Made by a program: the position numbers and the translations under genes. This document shows, one piece after another, positions 17,858 to 26,070 of a stretch of DNA of 32,000 bases. This DNA comes from Cereibacter sphaeroides 2.4.1. Lineage in GTDB: Bacteria; Pseudomonadota; Alphaproteobacteria; Rhodobacterales; Rhodobacteraceae. The first letter of the stretch is position 1; each line of letters starts with the position of its first letter. The stretch covers positions 1 to 32,000 of the forward strand of contig NC_007489.1 in NCBI RefSeq assembly GCF_000012905.2, written 5' to 3'. The notes below the pieces were generated by a model. The model saw nothing but the letters and a program-made list of their open reading frames with translations, ran no database searches and was not told where the DNA came from.

Positions 17858-18229
17858 ATGTTGAGCTCCCGCATGGCCCGCTCCGCTCTGGCCGGACTGG
17901 CCCTCATGGCGTCTGCAGGCCTCGTGGCGGCCGATCCCGTGCCCCCCGGCTCCTCCGGCGTGCGGCTCGTCGTGATCGGAGAGGGCGCCTTCGGTTCCGA
18001 CAGCTTCAGGATGACCGGCCTGAACCTCGTCCATGGATCGGGCGACGGAGGAGCGCAGTTCGACTCCAGCCTCGACGGCCTCCAGTGGTCCTGCGACGGC
18101 GACGACTGCAACACGCGATCCGCAAGCTACGCAGGGATCGAGGACTGGAGCGTCGTGCAGACCGTGCGGGCCTGCAGAGAGGCCGATTGCGCCTTCTCCT
18201 CCGATATCCGGCTCCAGGGCACTGAGTAA
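17858..18229 (+). CDS. Small secreted Cys-containing hypothetical protein
   Basis: 123 aa from MLSSRMARSALAGLALMASAGLVAADP. RBS GGAGGAAG upstream. Starts 17 nt after the barrel gene stop. Four Cys (WSCDGDDC ... ACREADC). The track ORF starts at 17741. Confidence 0.65.
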   Translation: MLSSRMARSALAGLALMASAGLVAADPVPPGSSGVRLVVIGEGAFGSDSFRMTGLNLVHGSGDGGAQFDSSLDGLQWSCDGDDCNTRSASYAGIEDWSVVQTVRACREADCAFSSDIRLQGTE

Positions 18230-18359
18230 GGGCCGCCTCCCTGCCGGATTTTGATCCCCGATCGGGGTGAGAAGGGGCTGAAGAGCGCCACCTCAACGCC
18301 CCCTGCTCGCCATCTCCGTGCGATGGGGAAGGGGTGCGGTGCCTTCCCAACCTCCCGCC

Positions 18360-18833
18360 TCAATGGACGAGGCAGGAGGTGATGGCGGAGGAATTCTTCA
18401 GCGAAACGGGGATTTCGGTGTCATCGCCGAAGCGGACGGACATGGCTCGACCCGAAGCGATGGCGGTGATCACGCGGTCATAGGCAGCACGCTGGGCAGG
18501 GCTCTCCTTCCAGGAGGAGTGGAAGGCCATACGCGTGGTGCCGCGGGTTGCACTGAAAGTGATCGGGGCATCGGTGAGGATCGTGCCATCGATCATGATC
18601 CGGCCCGTGCCGGTGCCGACATGGTTGCCCTTGAGGTCGATGTCGAGGGAGCTGCCGATGGTCGAGCAGCCGTAACCGATGCCGAAGTCGGCGTCATGCT
18701 CGCCGTAGCCGCCTTCGAACTGGGCCATCGGGGCGGTGGCGTGGAACCATTCCTCCCCGGCCTGAGCGCCGGTGGCGGAAGCTGCGAGGCAGGGCGCGAA
18801 AAGGCAGACGGTAAGCGCACGGAAAATATTCAT
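18360..18833 (-). CDS. Secreted hypothetical protein
   Basis: 157 aa. Signal peptide (LTVCLFAPCLAASATGAQA). Beta-rich, ends ...NSSAITSCLVH. Convergent with the preceding operon. Confidence 0.6.
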   Translation of the reverse strand: MNIFRALTVCLFAPCLAASATGAQAGEEWFHATAPMAQFEGGYGEHDADFGIGYGCSTIGSSLDIDLKGNHVGTGTGRIMIDGTILTDAPITFSATRGTTRMAFHSSWKESPAQRAAYDRVITAIASGRAMSVRFGDDTEIPVSLKNSSAITSCLVH

Positions 18834-19451
18834 GAAAATCTCCGGAATGTCGGTCGTTCTGTCGCCAGCCGCAGCCTGTGCGGCGCCGGCCCGGCGGTCA
18901 GGCAGGCACCGGTTCGGGGAAGGTGAGGAGCGGGCACAGCCGGATCAAGACAGGCCCCTGCGGGAGAGGAGCGGCAGGTCGCCGCACGGGCGGAAGGGGG
19001 TTCGGATCGGCCGCGATGGCCGCCTCATGGCCCGTGCCGGGCATTGCCGCGATCAAGCTCCGATCAGGAGAAGGCGCGCGACCGCGCGACGGAGTGCCTC
19101 CGGCTGAGGCACCCCGCTTTCCTCCCAGACCGGTCAGACCTCTTGAGAGGGCCGGCCTGTATCCGGCCAGACGCCGCCTCATCCCTTTCCATCAGGCCTC
19201 TTCTCCCCGGGAAGAAGCCACTCGATCTCCCTCTCGTCGAAGGCGTCCGCGTCGAAGGCGGACACGTCGTCCGGCAACGCCGCCTTCAGGAGGCGGTCCG
19301 GCTTCGGACGCAGGATGGGACTTGGGGCCTTGCCCTGCAATGCAGCCGCCTTATCCGCGGGGATCCAGCCCCGCGGCCGGACTTTGAAGTTGCTTCACCC
19401 CTTCCGATGTTTCAGGCTCGGGGCAACGGGCCTATCGTAAACGGGGGTGTC

Positions 19452-20072
19452 ATGAGGAAATTCGTATCGATTGCCATCACGGCCCTCGTCCTGTCGACAA
19501 TGGGCGCGGCCGCTCAGTCCATCAGTGCGGCGGAGATCGCCAAGATGGTCGACCAGCGAATGAACGATCTCAATCCCTATCAGGCACTGCTCAACGACCC
19601 GGATCCCGCCCGCGCTCAGGCGGCAATGCAGATCATGCTCGAGAGCGGAGATGCAGATCTGACGCGGATGGCGCTGGAATACGGCCTGCTTTCTCCCAAT
19701 CCGACGGTCAAGCGGCTGGCCCTCGAAAGCTGGCTGTCTACGGGTCCTGTCCTGTCCATTCGGTTCGACGGAACGAAGGTGCAGGCCAAGGATTTCCCGT
19801 CCAGGGTCAAGAACTACTGGAACGGAAACGTCAGCGACGGGATCGGATACTGGCGCGTGGGCGTCGGAAAATACCTTCCGGATCTCAAATGCTTCAGCAA
19901 CACAGACAGGGCCGACCGATGCTTCATCACCGTCAATGGTGACGGCGTGTTCCTCACACCGGAAGCCCTGAACGGGCGCGCCGTCATCACGGACACAGGG
20001 CAGCTGGAAGGCACCGGCGCCTTGTACGGGATCGAGGAGCCGGTTTCCTTCTCCATTCGCCTGCTCGACTGA
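19452..20072 (+). CDS. Secreted hypothetical protein (helical-repeat N-terminus, beta-rich C-terminus)
   Basis: 206 aa from MRKFVSIAITALVLSTMGAAAQS. HEAT-like segment DPDPARAQAAMQIMLESGDADLTRMALEYGLLSPNPTVKRLALESW. The track ORF (from 19044) has an Arg/Pro-rich, non-protein-like N-terminus. Confidence 0.6.
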   Translation: MRKFVSIAITALVLSTMGAAAQSISAAEIAKMVDQRMNDLNPYQALLNDPDPARAQAAMQIMLESGDADLTRMALEYGLLSPNPTVKRLALESWLSTGPVLSIRFDGTKVQAKDFPSRVKNYWNGNVSDGIGYWRVGVGKYLPDLKCFSNTDRADRCFITVNGDGVFLTPEALNGRAVITDTGQLEGTGALYGIEEPVSFSIRLLD

Positions 20073-20087
20073 GAGGCTCTCGACGGC

Positions 20088-21155
20088 TCATTGCGCCACG
20101 ACGCTGTCGATCGCAATGTCGCCGCTCGACCAGGCATTGAGCACGATGACCTGAAGGGCGCGGATGTTGCGAGGCGCAAGCAGGCCCGTATCGAAAACTC
20201 CGTCCCGTCCCATTTCGCCACGCGTCCACTCGCGGAAGTTGCGCCCGTCGGCCTCGAGCGACCAGTTCAGAATGATCCGCTTGGGCATGGTCCGGCCTTC
20301 GGACGGCGTCGAACGCAGGACCACCCGCGAGACCGGGGCCGTCTCCTCAAGCCTGAGCACGAAGGACATCCGGGCCGCCGGCGAGAAGACGAACTGCCCC
20401 CCGCCCAACATGTTTTCCGGCGCAAAGCGCGGATTGACCGGCGGCATGGTCGCGGCCTCGAAGACAAGCGGCAAAGCTCCTTCAGCCGCCGGCGCCGGCG
20501 TGACGGGCTCGTCCGGCTCCGGTGGCACATAGGCACCCGCCTGCTCGCTGAGATAGCGCCGGACATGGATCAGTATCTCTCCCGATCGAATGAACGTGGC
20601 GCGTGACGTGTCGTTCGACGTGACCGCCATGCCCAGCGGCTTGCCATCGACGAACAGGAAGGCCCCCGACGTGCCCTGGGCGATGGTGTTCTGGCCGCCC
20701 GCCAGTTCGGCATCGAAAGTCAGATAATTCCGGTTCCCGATGCGAAGCGCCGTTCGCTCCTCCTCGCCGGCCGGCGTCAGGCGATGCAGATAGCCCATGG
20801 CCGCATTCAGCGACTGCGGCGTTTCCTCGAGATCGTCCAGCCTCGCCGGACAGCGGCTGTCGAGGGCGCTGCCCCCCACGCCAACGGCCAGGTCGATCTC
20901 CGGCCAGAAGGGGGCAATCGTGGTCGCTGAGCTCGTCACCACAGGCGCCGAGGTCATGATGCTGACCTTCGGATAGAGGCCTGCCACATGCTTCGGCATA
21001 AGGACATAGCAGCGTCCCTCATATCCGAACATCCAGCCGAAGCCATGCTCCCCTTCGCCGTTTCGGACCGAGACCGTTTGGGAATGCGCCAGGGCAGGAT
21101 AGACTGCAACGATCATGCTCAGAATCGCTGACACTCTCATGAGACGTCCTGGCAT
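20088..21155 (-). CDS. Secreted trypsin-like (S1-type) serine protease with C-terminal discoidin/galactose-binding-like domain
   Basis: Signal peptide MRVSAILSMIVAVYPALAHS. Candidate triad in H-D-S order: CYVLMPKHV, EIDLAVGV, GTSGAFLFVDGKPLGMAV. The C-terminal ~130 aa are beta-sandwich-like (RVVLRS...RALQVIVLNAWSSGDIAIDSV). Start at 21155 or 21140; the track ORF extends to 21299. Confidence 0.6.
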   Translation of the reverse strand: MPGRLMRVSAILSMIVAVYPALAHSQTVSVRNGEGEHGFGWMFGYEGRCYVLMPKHVAGLYPKVSIMTSAPVVTSSATTIAPFWPEIDLAVGVGGSALDSRCPARLDDLEETPQSLNAAMGYLHRLTPAGEEERTALRIGNRNYLTFDAELAGGQNTIAQGTSGAFLFVDGKPLGMAVTSNDTSRATFIRSGEILIHVRRYLSEQAGAYVPPEPDEPVTPAPAAEGALPLVFEAATMPPVNPRFAPENMLGGGQFVFSPAARMSFVLRLEETAPVSRVVLRSTPSEGRTMPKRIILNWSLEADGRNFREWTRGEMGRDGVFDTGLLAPRNIRALQVIVLNAWSSGDIAIDSVVAQ

Positions 21156-21852
21156 TTTCCCCTCATTGGCTGTGCTGCTGACGGTTCTGCAGCTGCCTGC
21201 ACCGGCATTTGCGGATGGCAGGCCCATGTTTGCATTGAATGAGCAGGGCTTCCAGGAATTCGTCCGCGATGGCGCTCTGATATCCGGCGCAGTCGTCATG
21301 GGCGTTCAATTCCACCGAATGGCCAAGGACGTACCGGCACTTTCAGCTTATGTACCCGCCGAATGGAGAGGGGATCGGCTCTGTCTGAGGGTCGTCTCCT
21401 CGAATGGCTTCTATCAGGGCATAGCCCCCTACGATGTGCCATCCGACTGGTCAGGAGGATTCGCCGATCTGGATTTCCCGATCAAGGCGAGACACGGACC
21501 GATGTTGAAAGGCCTCTCGGAAGGCGACCTGAGCATCCTGCTTGCGAAGGGAGAATGCGAAGGATCGGCCACACCCGTGGCCTCGGTCGCCTATTGGGAC
21601 GCGGAGACCTCCGACCAGGTGGACCTCATGCTGAATTCGTTTCGGGCGGATCTGGTCTATGCCTATGTCGAAGGGCGGGACACTCCGGTCAAATGCGAGA
21701 AACTGGACGAAGAGGACGCAACGACCTTCGACACCAGATGCCCGATCGAATTGAAGAGCCCCGCTGGCCCGAGAACGATCGAGACATACCGCATCGTCGG
21801 CGGCAAACCGTCACCCGCCGCATCGATCGTGATCTGGTTTCCTGACCCTTGA
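21139..21852 (+). CDS. Secreted hypothetical protein
   Basis: 237 aa from MRRPGIFPSLAVLLTVLQLPAPAFADG. Several Cys. Its 5' end overlaps the 5' end of the divergent protease gene. The track ORF starts at 21115. Confidence 0.55.
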   Translation: MRRPGIFPSLAVLLTVLQLPAPAFADGRPMFALNEQGFQEFVRDGALISGAVVMGVQFHRMAKDVPALSAYVPAEWRGDRLCLRVVSSNGFYQGIAPYDVPSDWSGGFADLDFPIKARHGPMLKGLSEGDLSILLAKGECEGSATPVASVAYWDAETSDQVDLMLNSFRADLVYAYVEGRDTPVKCEKLDEEDATTFDTRCPIELKSPAGPRTIETYRIVGGKPSPAASIVIWFPDP

Positions 21853-22943
21853 AGACGGAACGGCCGCCAGAGCCCCGCTCCCGGAACGGCTTCAGGATGG
21901 GCGCCGAGCCGGTGCTTCGCCTCGTGACTGCAAGCGCGATCGTGATTGCAGGTCTGACCGGACTGATCCTTTTCCTCTCCGCCTCGAGCGAGCGCAGCTA
22001 CAGCATCGCAGCCAGGACCTTGGGAGCGGAGTTGACCTTCAAGGGACAATCCAACGATTGGCTCCTTGAAAAGGTCGACATCTGCAAGATGCGTGGACCG
22101 GAGGACATGCGCCTTCCCGCCCCCGGAGACGACCGGCGCTGTCCCGAGACGCTCTACGAAGTCCTTCCGCAGGCGGAGACCGTCCTGCACTGGCCGCCGG
22201 ACACCAGGATCGGGATCAGGCACGAACCTTCGGGCGATCTGATCTTCATCGTCCTGTCGGCAAACGTACCCGATCTGCCGGAGGGCTCCCTCGTCATGGT
22301 CCCGGCCGAGGCCTGGCAGACCCATGGCGCGCTGGCCTTTCAGGCCGAGGTCCGCATCGGTGGCCTGATGGCCACCGGAAGCGAGGACTATCTGATGGAG
22401 GGAAGATGGGAAGCCCGGCAAAGCGGGATCGCCGCCTCCTTGCGCGCCAATGTCGCCGAAGTGGTCGGCTCGGGCGCCCTGTCGCTCGGCACGACGGTCG
22501 AGCTCATCGATACACGCGACACTGCGGCCGGAATTGTCAGTTTCGGCCATGTCACGCCGACGGTCTCGCGCGACGAGCGGGGCTTCGATATCGAGCTTCT
22601 TTCCGAGCGTGGCTCCGTAGCGCTTCGGGTATGGCATTTCGGCCTGCAGGAGCCGACCATCTTCCGGCCGGACTGGATGGATGTCGTCTCATCCAGCCCC
22701 ATACTGGTTGCCCTGGGCCCGCTCGTGGCGCTGGTGGCAGGTCTTGTCGAACTCATGGTCAAGGTCCGCGCAGGGGGCAGGCCCGTCCCTGCATCGCCAG
22801 CCCCCGACCCTTCCGTCCCCGAAACCGGACAGTCCGTGCGCCTCCGCAAATCCGGAAAATCGAAGGCCAGGCAGAATTCTGCGGCGCGCCCGTATCGCAA
22901 GACCTCTTCCAGGCCGGCTCGAAGGAGGCGTTCATCGCCCTAG
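21849..22943 (+). CDS. Membrane protein with two TM segments flanking a ~250-aa periplasmic domain and a basic C-terminal tail
   Basis: TM1 LVTASAIVIAGLTGLILFLSA. TM2 ILVALGPLVALVAGLVELMV. Tail rich in R/K/S/P. A TTG at 21849 overlaps the upstream stop; an alternative ATG is at 21897. Confidence 0.55.
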   Translation: MKTERPPEPRSRNGFRMGAEPVLRLVTASAIVIAGLTGLILFLSASSERSYSIAARTLGAELTFKGQSNDWLLEKVDICKMRGPEDMRLPAPGDDRRCPETLYEVLPQAETVLHWPPDTRIGIRHEPSGDLIFIVLSANVPDLPEGSLVMVPAEAWQTHGALAFQAEVRIGGLMATGSEDYLMEGRWEARQSGIAASLRANVAEVVGSGALSLGTTVELIDTRDTAAGIVSFGHVTPTVSRDERGFDIELLSERGSVALRVWHFGLQEPTIFRPDWMDVVSSSPILVALGPLVALVAGLVELMVKVRAGGRPVPASPAPDPSVPETGQSVRLRKSGKSKARQNSAARPYRKTSSRPARRRRSSP

Positions 22944-23210
22944 CCCCGCCCTGCCGCAAGCCGAGCCGGGGAAGACGGCGCGCCACCTTCTGCAGCATTC
23001 GCGCGGCGCGGCGAGCCGGGACTTCCTCCGGAGGAGCCCCCGTCTTGCCCGATGCTTCCGCCGGTCCCACGCGGATCAATAGCCTCCACTTCCTGCGACA
23101 AAAGCGCCCGCCGCGGTCCGAAAAATCCGTGCTAGCACTGGGCGCGAAGCCGCGGTCGAGACCACCGGCAGGCAGGTCCGGCCGGCAGCTGTTCATGTTG
23201 GGACGGAACA

Positions 23211-23603
23211 ATGAGGCACTGGATACTTCCCCTCTCCGGGATCCTGCTCGCCCTGCCCGTGCAGAGTTTTGCGGGCTGCTTGTCCTGCGATGACATCGTC
23301 CACCTGGGCCTGCCGGAGCAGGCCTGCTTCAGGACGCTCTTCGAGCAGGAGGGACTGCCGTCACAGGACGGTGCGCCCCACAGATACGATCTGTCGCGCT
23401 GCCTCGAGAGCCGGGCGAGCCTCGAGCGCGGCGGACTGGTCACCATGCCCGATCTGACCGGTGCGATTGCCGCAGCCTCCGGGATCAGGCACGAGAAGAG
23501 GGTCTATGTCCTCGATTATCCCTATGCCTCCTGCCTTGTCACGATCATCACCGGCATGCGCGGGCGCGCCGGAACGGTCGATCTGACCCGACTTTGTCCC
23601 TGA
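23211..23603 (+). CDS. Small exported protein, probable lipoprotein
   Basis: 130 aa. Signal peptide with a lipobox-like SFAGC. Seven Cys in total. Confidence 0.55.
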   Translation: MRHWILPLSGILLALPVQSFAGCLSCDDIVHLGLPEQACFRTLFEQEGLPSQDGAPHRYDLSRCLESRASLERGGLVTMPDLTGAIAAASGIRHEKRVYVLDYPYASCLVTIITGMRGRAGTVDLTRLCP

Positions 23604-23610
23604 GACGTCG

Positions 23611-24192
23611 ATGTTCGTCCCCCGCCTGACCCTGAAATGGATGGGACTGGCCGGCAGCCTCGTCAAAGGTGCCGCAGGACTTGCTGCGGCAGGATCCTTG
23701 TTTCTTGCCGCGGTCGAATATGCCGATCAGGGAAAGGCCGCACGCGCCGCCGAAACGATCCGGCTGATCGACCGGTGGGAGGAGACGACGAGCGGTGTTC
23801 TCACCGCCTATCGGAGCCTCGGCCAAAGATTGACCCTGGCGCTCGCGGAGCGAACTCCCGCCCTCGACGGCACGCGCCCGCCCGAAGAGCTCGCAGCCCT
23901 GCTCGTGGCGGACGTTCTCCAGCAGGAAGGTGCCGCCGACGAATTCGAAAGGATCGTCTATTTCTTCACCAGGCTCGAACTCTGCATCGAGGCCACGCTC
24001 TGCGACGAGCATACCGCAGCCATCTTCTTCTCCGACACGGTCGATACCTTCATGAAGAACTTCCGCAGCGCGGTTCTGGAACGCCGCAGATCCGACCCGC
24101 ATTTCGGTTCAGAAATCCGGAAACTCCAGATCCGGCTCAACCGCTCCGCCGCAGGCCAGGACGCGTTCGACCCCGACAGGCCTCTTCCGTAG
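23611..24192 (+). CDS. Membrane-anchored hypothetical protein
   Basis: 193 aa. N-terminal TM (AAGLAAAGSLFLAAV) followed by a helical domain. Starts 7 nt after the upstream stop. A vague resemblance to DUF4760-type proteins is not trusted. Confidence 0.5.
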   Translation: MFVPRLTLKWMGLAGSLVKGAAGLAAAGSLFLAAVEYADQGKAARAAETIRLIDRWEETTSGVLTAYRSLGQRLTLALAERTPALDGTRPPEELAALLVADVLQQEGAADEFERIVYFFTRLELCIEATLCDEHTAAIFFSDTVDTFMKNFRSAVLERRRSDPHFGSEIRKLQIRLNRSAAGQDAFDPDRPLP

Positions 24193-24207
24193 GGCGGGGT
24201 ACATGTG

Positions 24208-25656
24208 ATGCAGCCCCTGATCGCGAACATCGTCCAGCATCTCGGGGGGACACGCCTGTTTCGCCTGCTCCTGGTAGCCCTCGCCCTTCAGGCCGTGCTC
24301 GCCGCTCCCGCCGCCGCAGCCCGGCTGGCGCTCGTCGTGGGGATCGACGCCTACGCACATGTGCCCCGCCTGCAGAAAGCAGTGAACGACGCAGGTGCCG
24401 TGGCAGGAGCCCTGACGCAGGCCGGCTTCGAAACCGTGCTGCTCACCGATACCGACCAGCTCCAGCTCATGGAGGGGGTGACCGCCTTTGCCGCCAGACT
24501 GCGGCCGGGCGACGAGGCCGTCTTCTTCTTCGCCGGCCATGGCGTCGAGATCGCCGGGCAGAACTACCTGCTCCCTGCAGACGTGCCCGCCGTCACCTCC
24601 GGTCAGGAGCTCCTTCTCACCAGCCGCGCCCTCGAGATCGACACCCTGGTACAGGAGCTCCAGATACGCGGCACGAGAGTGACCCTGCTCATCCTCGATG
24701 CCTGCAGGGACAACCCGTTCCGCCGGCCCGGCGGGCGCGGGATCGGGGGCGCGCGGGGGCTGGCGCGGGTCGATGCGCCTGAGGGAAGCTTCATCCTGTT
24801 TTCTGCAGGCTCCGGCCAGACGGCTCTGGACCGCCTGGCCAACGACGAGGCTGCCCCGAACTCGGTCTTCACCCGCACCCTCCTGCCCTACCTCTCTGCG
24901 CCCGGTCTGGAAGTGCGCGAGATCTCGCAACGCGTGCGCTCCGACGTCCGCAAACTCGCGCTCACGGTTCAGCATGACCAGTTTCCCGCGGTCTACGACC
25001 AGCTGGACGGAAGCTTCGTGCTGATGCCCTCCAGCACCGCGGCCCCGCCGATGACGACGAGCGCGCCCGCCCCCGCCGTCGATCCCTGCGCTTCGGCCCG
25101 GCTCGACTGGCCGCTCGTCTCGGCCGTGCGAAGCGCCGCGGCCCTCGACGCCTTCGCGATGAGCCACGCCGACTGCCCCGTCTTCGCAGCCATGGCGCGC
25201 GAGATGCGCATGCAGATCGGCCTCCCATCCCCCCAACCGCAGCCGCTCGACCCTCCCCCGGCGCCTTCCCTGGAAGAGCGCGTGCGAGATTTCGTGGCCA
25301 GGATCGTGGCCGAATGGTCCTCGCCCAATGCGATCGCCCTGCCCCCGCTGGCCAGCTACTTCGCGCAAGACATGATCTACTACGGCAATCGCAAGACCAG
25401 AGCCCAGGTCGTGGCGGAAAAGACTGCCGTTGCGAAACGCTGGCCGGTCCGCGACTACCGCATCGAGGACGGCAGCCTCTTCGCCTCCTGCGCCGCCTCA
25501 CGCTGCGATGTCAGCGCGATCATCGACTGGCAGGCCTATGCGCCTGAGCGCAATGCCACGGCCTCCGGACGATCAAGCTACGAGGTGACCGTCGAAGACC
25601 TTCAAGGCACGCTCGTCGTCACCCGGGAGAACGGACAGACGATTCAGCGGAACTGA
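24208..25656 (+). CDS. Caspase-family (peptidase C14) protein with N-terminal signal/anchor and an uncharacterised C-terminal domain
   Basis: Hydrophobic N-terminus LFRLLLVALALQAVLAAPAAAA. Caspase core RLALVVGIDAY. Catalytic His context VFFFAGHG. Catalytic Cys context LLILDACRDNPF. Pro-rich linker, then a ~130-aa domain. A GTG at 24205 is an alternative start. Confidence 0.8.
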   Translation: MQPLIANIVQHLGGTRLFRLLLVALALQAVLAAPAAAARLALVVGIDAYAHVPRLQKAVNDAGAVAGALTQAGFETVLLTDTDQLQLMEGVTAFAARLRPGDEAVFFFAGHGVEIAGQNYLLPADVPAVTSGQELLLTSRALEIDTLVQELQIRGTRVTLLILDACRDNPFRRPGGRGIGGARGLARVDAPEGSFILFSAGSGQTALDRLANDEAAPNSVFTRTLLPYLSAPGLEVREISQRVRSDVRKLALTVQHDQFPAVYDQLDGSFVLMPSSTAAPPMTTSAPAPAVDPCASARLDWPLVSAVRSAAALDAFAMSHADCPVFAAMAREMRMQIGLPSPQPQPLDPPPAPSLEERVRDFVARIVAEWSSPNAIALPPLASYFAQDMIYYGNRKTRAQVVAEKTAVAKRWPVRDYRIEDGSLFASCAASRCDVSAIIDWQAYAPERNATASGRSSYEVTVEDLQGTLVVTRENGQTIQRN

Positions 25657-25773
25657 CGGCCGCGCCCGGTCGCACGGGGCCCCGGCCGCTCTCCGGTTTG
25701 ACGGTTTGGATCTTGCCTCTTCGCGAGGGAACGACAACAGAAGAGGGAGGAAAGAGGGAGGAAGCGGAACCGG
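25544..25773. repeat. Direct repeat R1 (last 113 nt of the caspase CDS plus 117 nt downstream)
   Basis: Aligns by hand with 28624-28843 in the same orientation. Contains a conserved stem-loop (cctcttc-17 nt-gaagagg, 25716-25746) and a 25-nt all-purine tract (25740-25764). Confidence 0.85.
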
Positions 25774-26070
25774 TCGCCGAGCGGTATGGGGCCGGTCTCG
25801 CCTCCTGACACCAGGGTGGTCTTCCGCTCCCAAGTCAGATGGCTGACTTCCGGATCGGCCGGATATTCGCCGGATCGGTGAGGAACATCCCGAGACTGCC
25901 CTTTGCACGCTCTCGCCGATCGAGCCGGGAGGTCCGCTGGCAAAGGCGCGTAGTCTGACCGGCTGCGCCGCCAGAGTTCGATCGACCTGCGGCCATGAGC
26001 CTGCTGGACGAGGGGCCTTGGACCGCATCAGGACTTTCCCGGGATTGCGATTTTCTTTGGAGAAATGCGG

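Noticed and set aside
24109-25368. 419-aa minus-strand ORF and 381-aa plus-strand ORF (23637-24782)
   Set aside because: These are antisense or off-frame shadows of the caspase-family gene and its upstream neighbour, and are extremely Arg/Gly/Pro-rich.
19452-25656. Gasdermin-type or other cytoplasmic caspase/trypsin-protease defence system
   Set aside because: Both proteases carry export signals. No neighbouring product resembles a gasdermin (none is ~250 aa and cytoplasmic with an N-terminal Cys), and there are no NACHT/STAND, TIR or nuclease partners.
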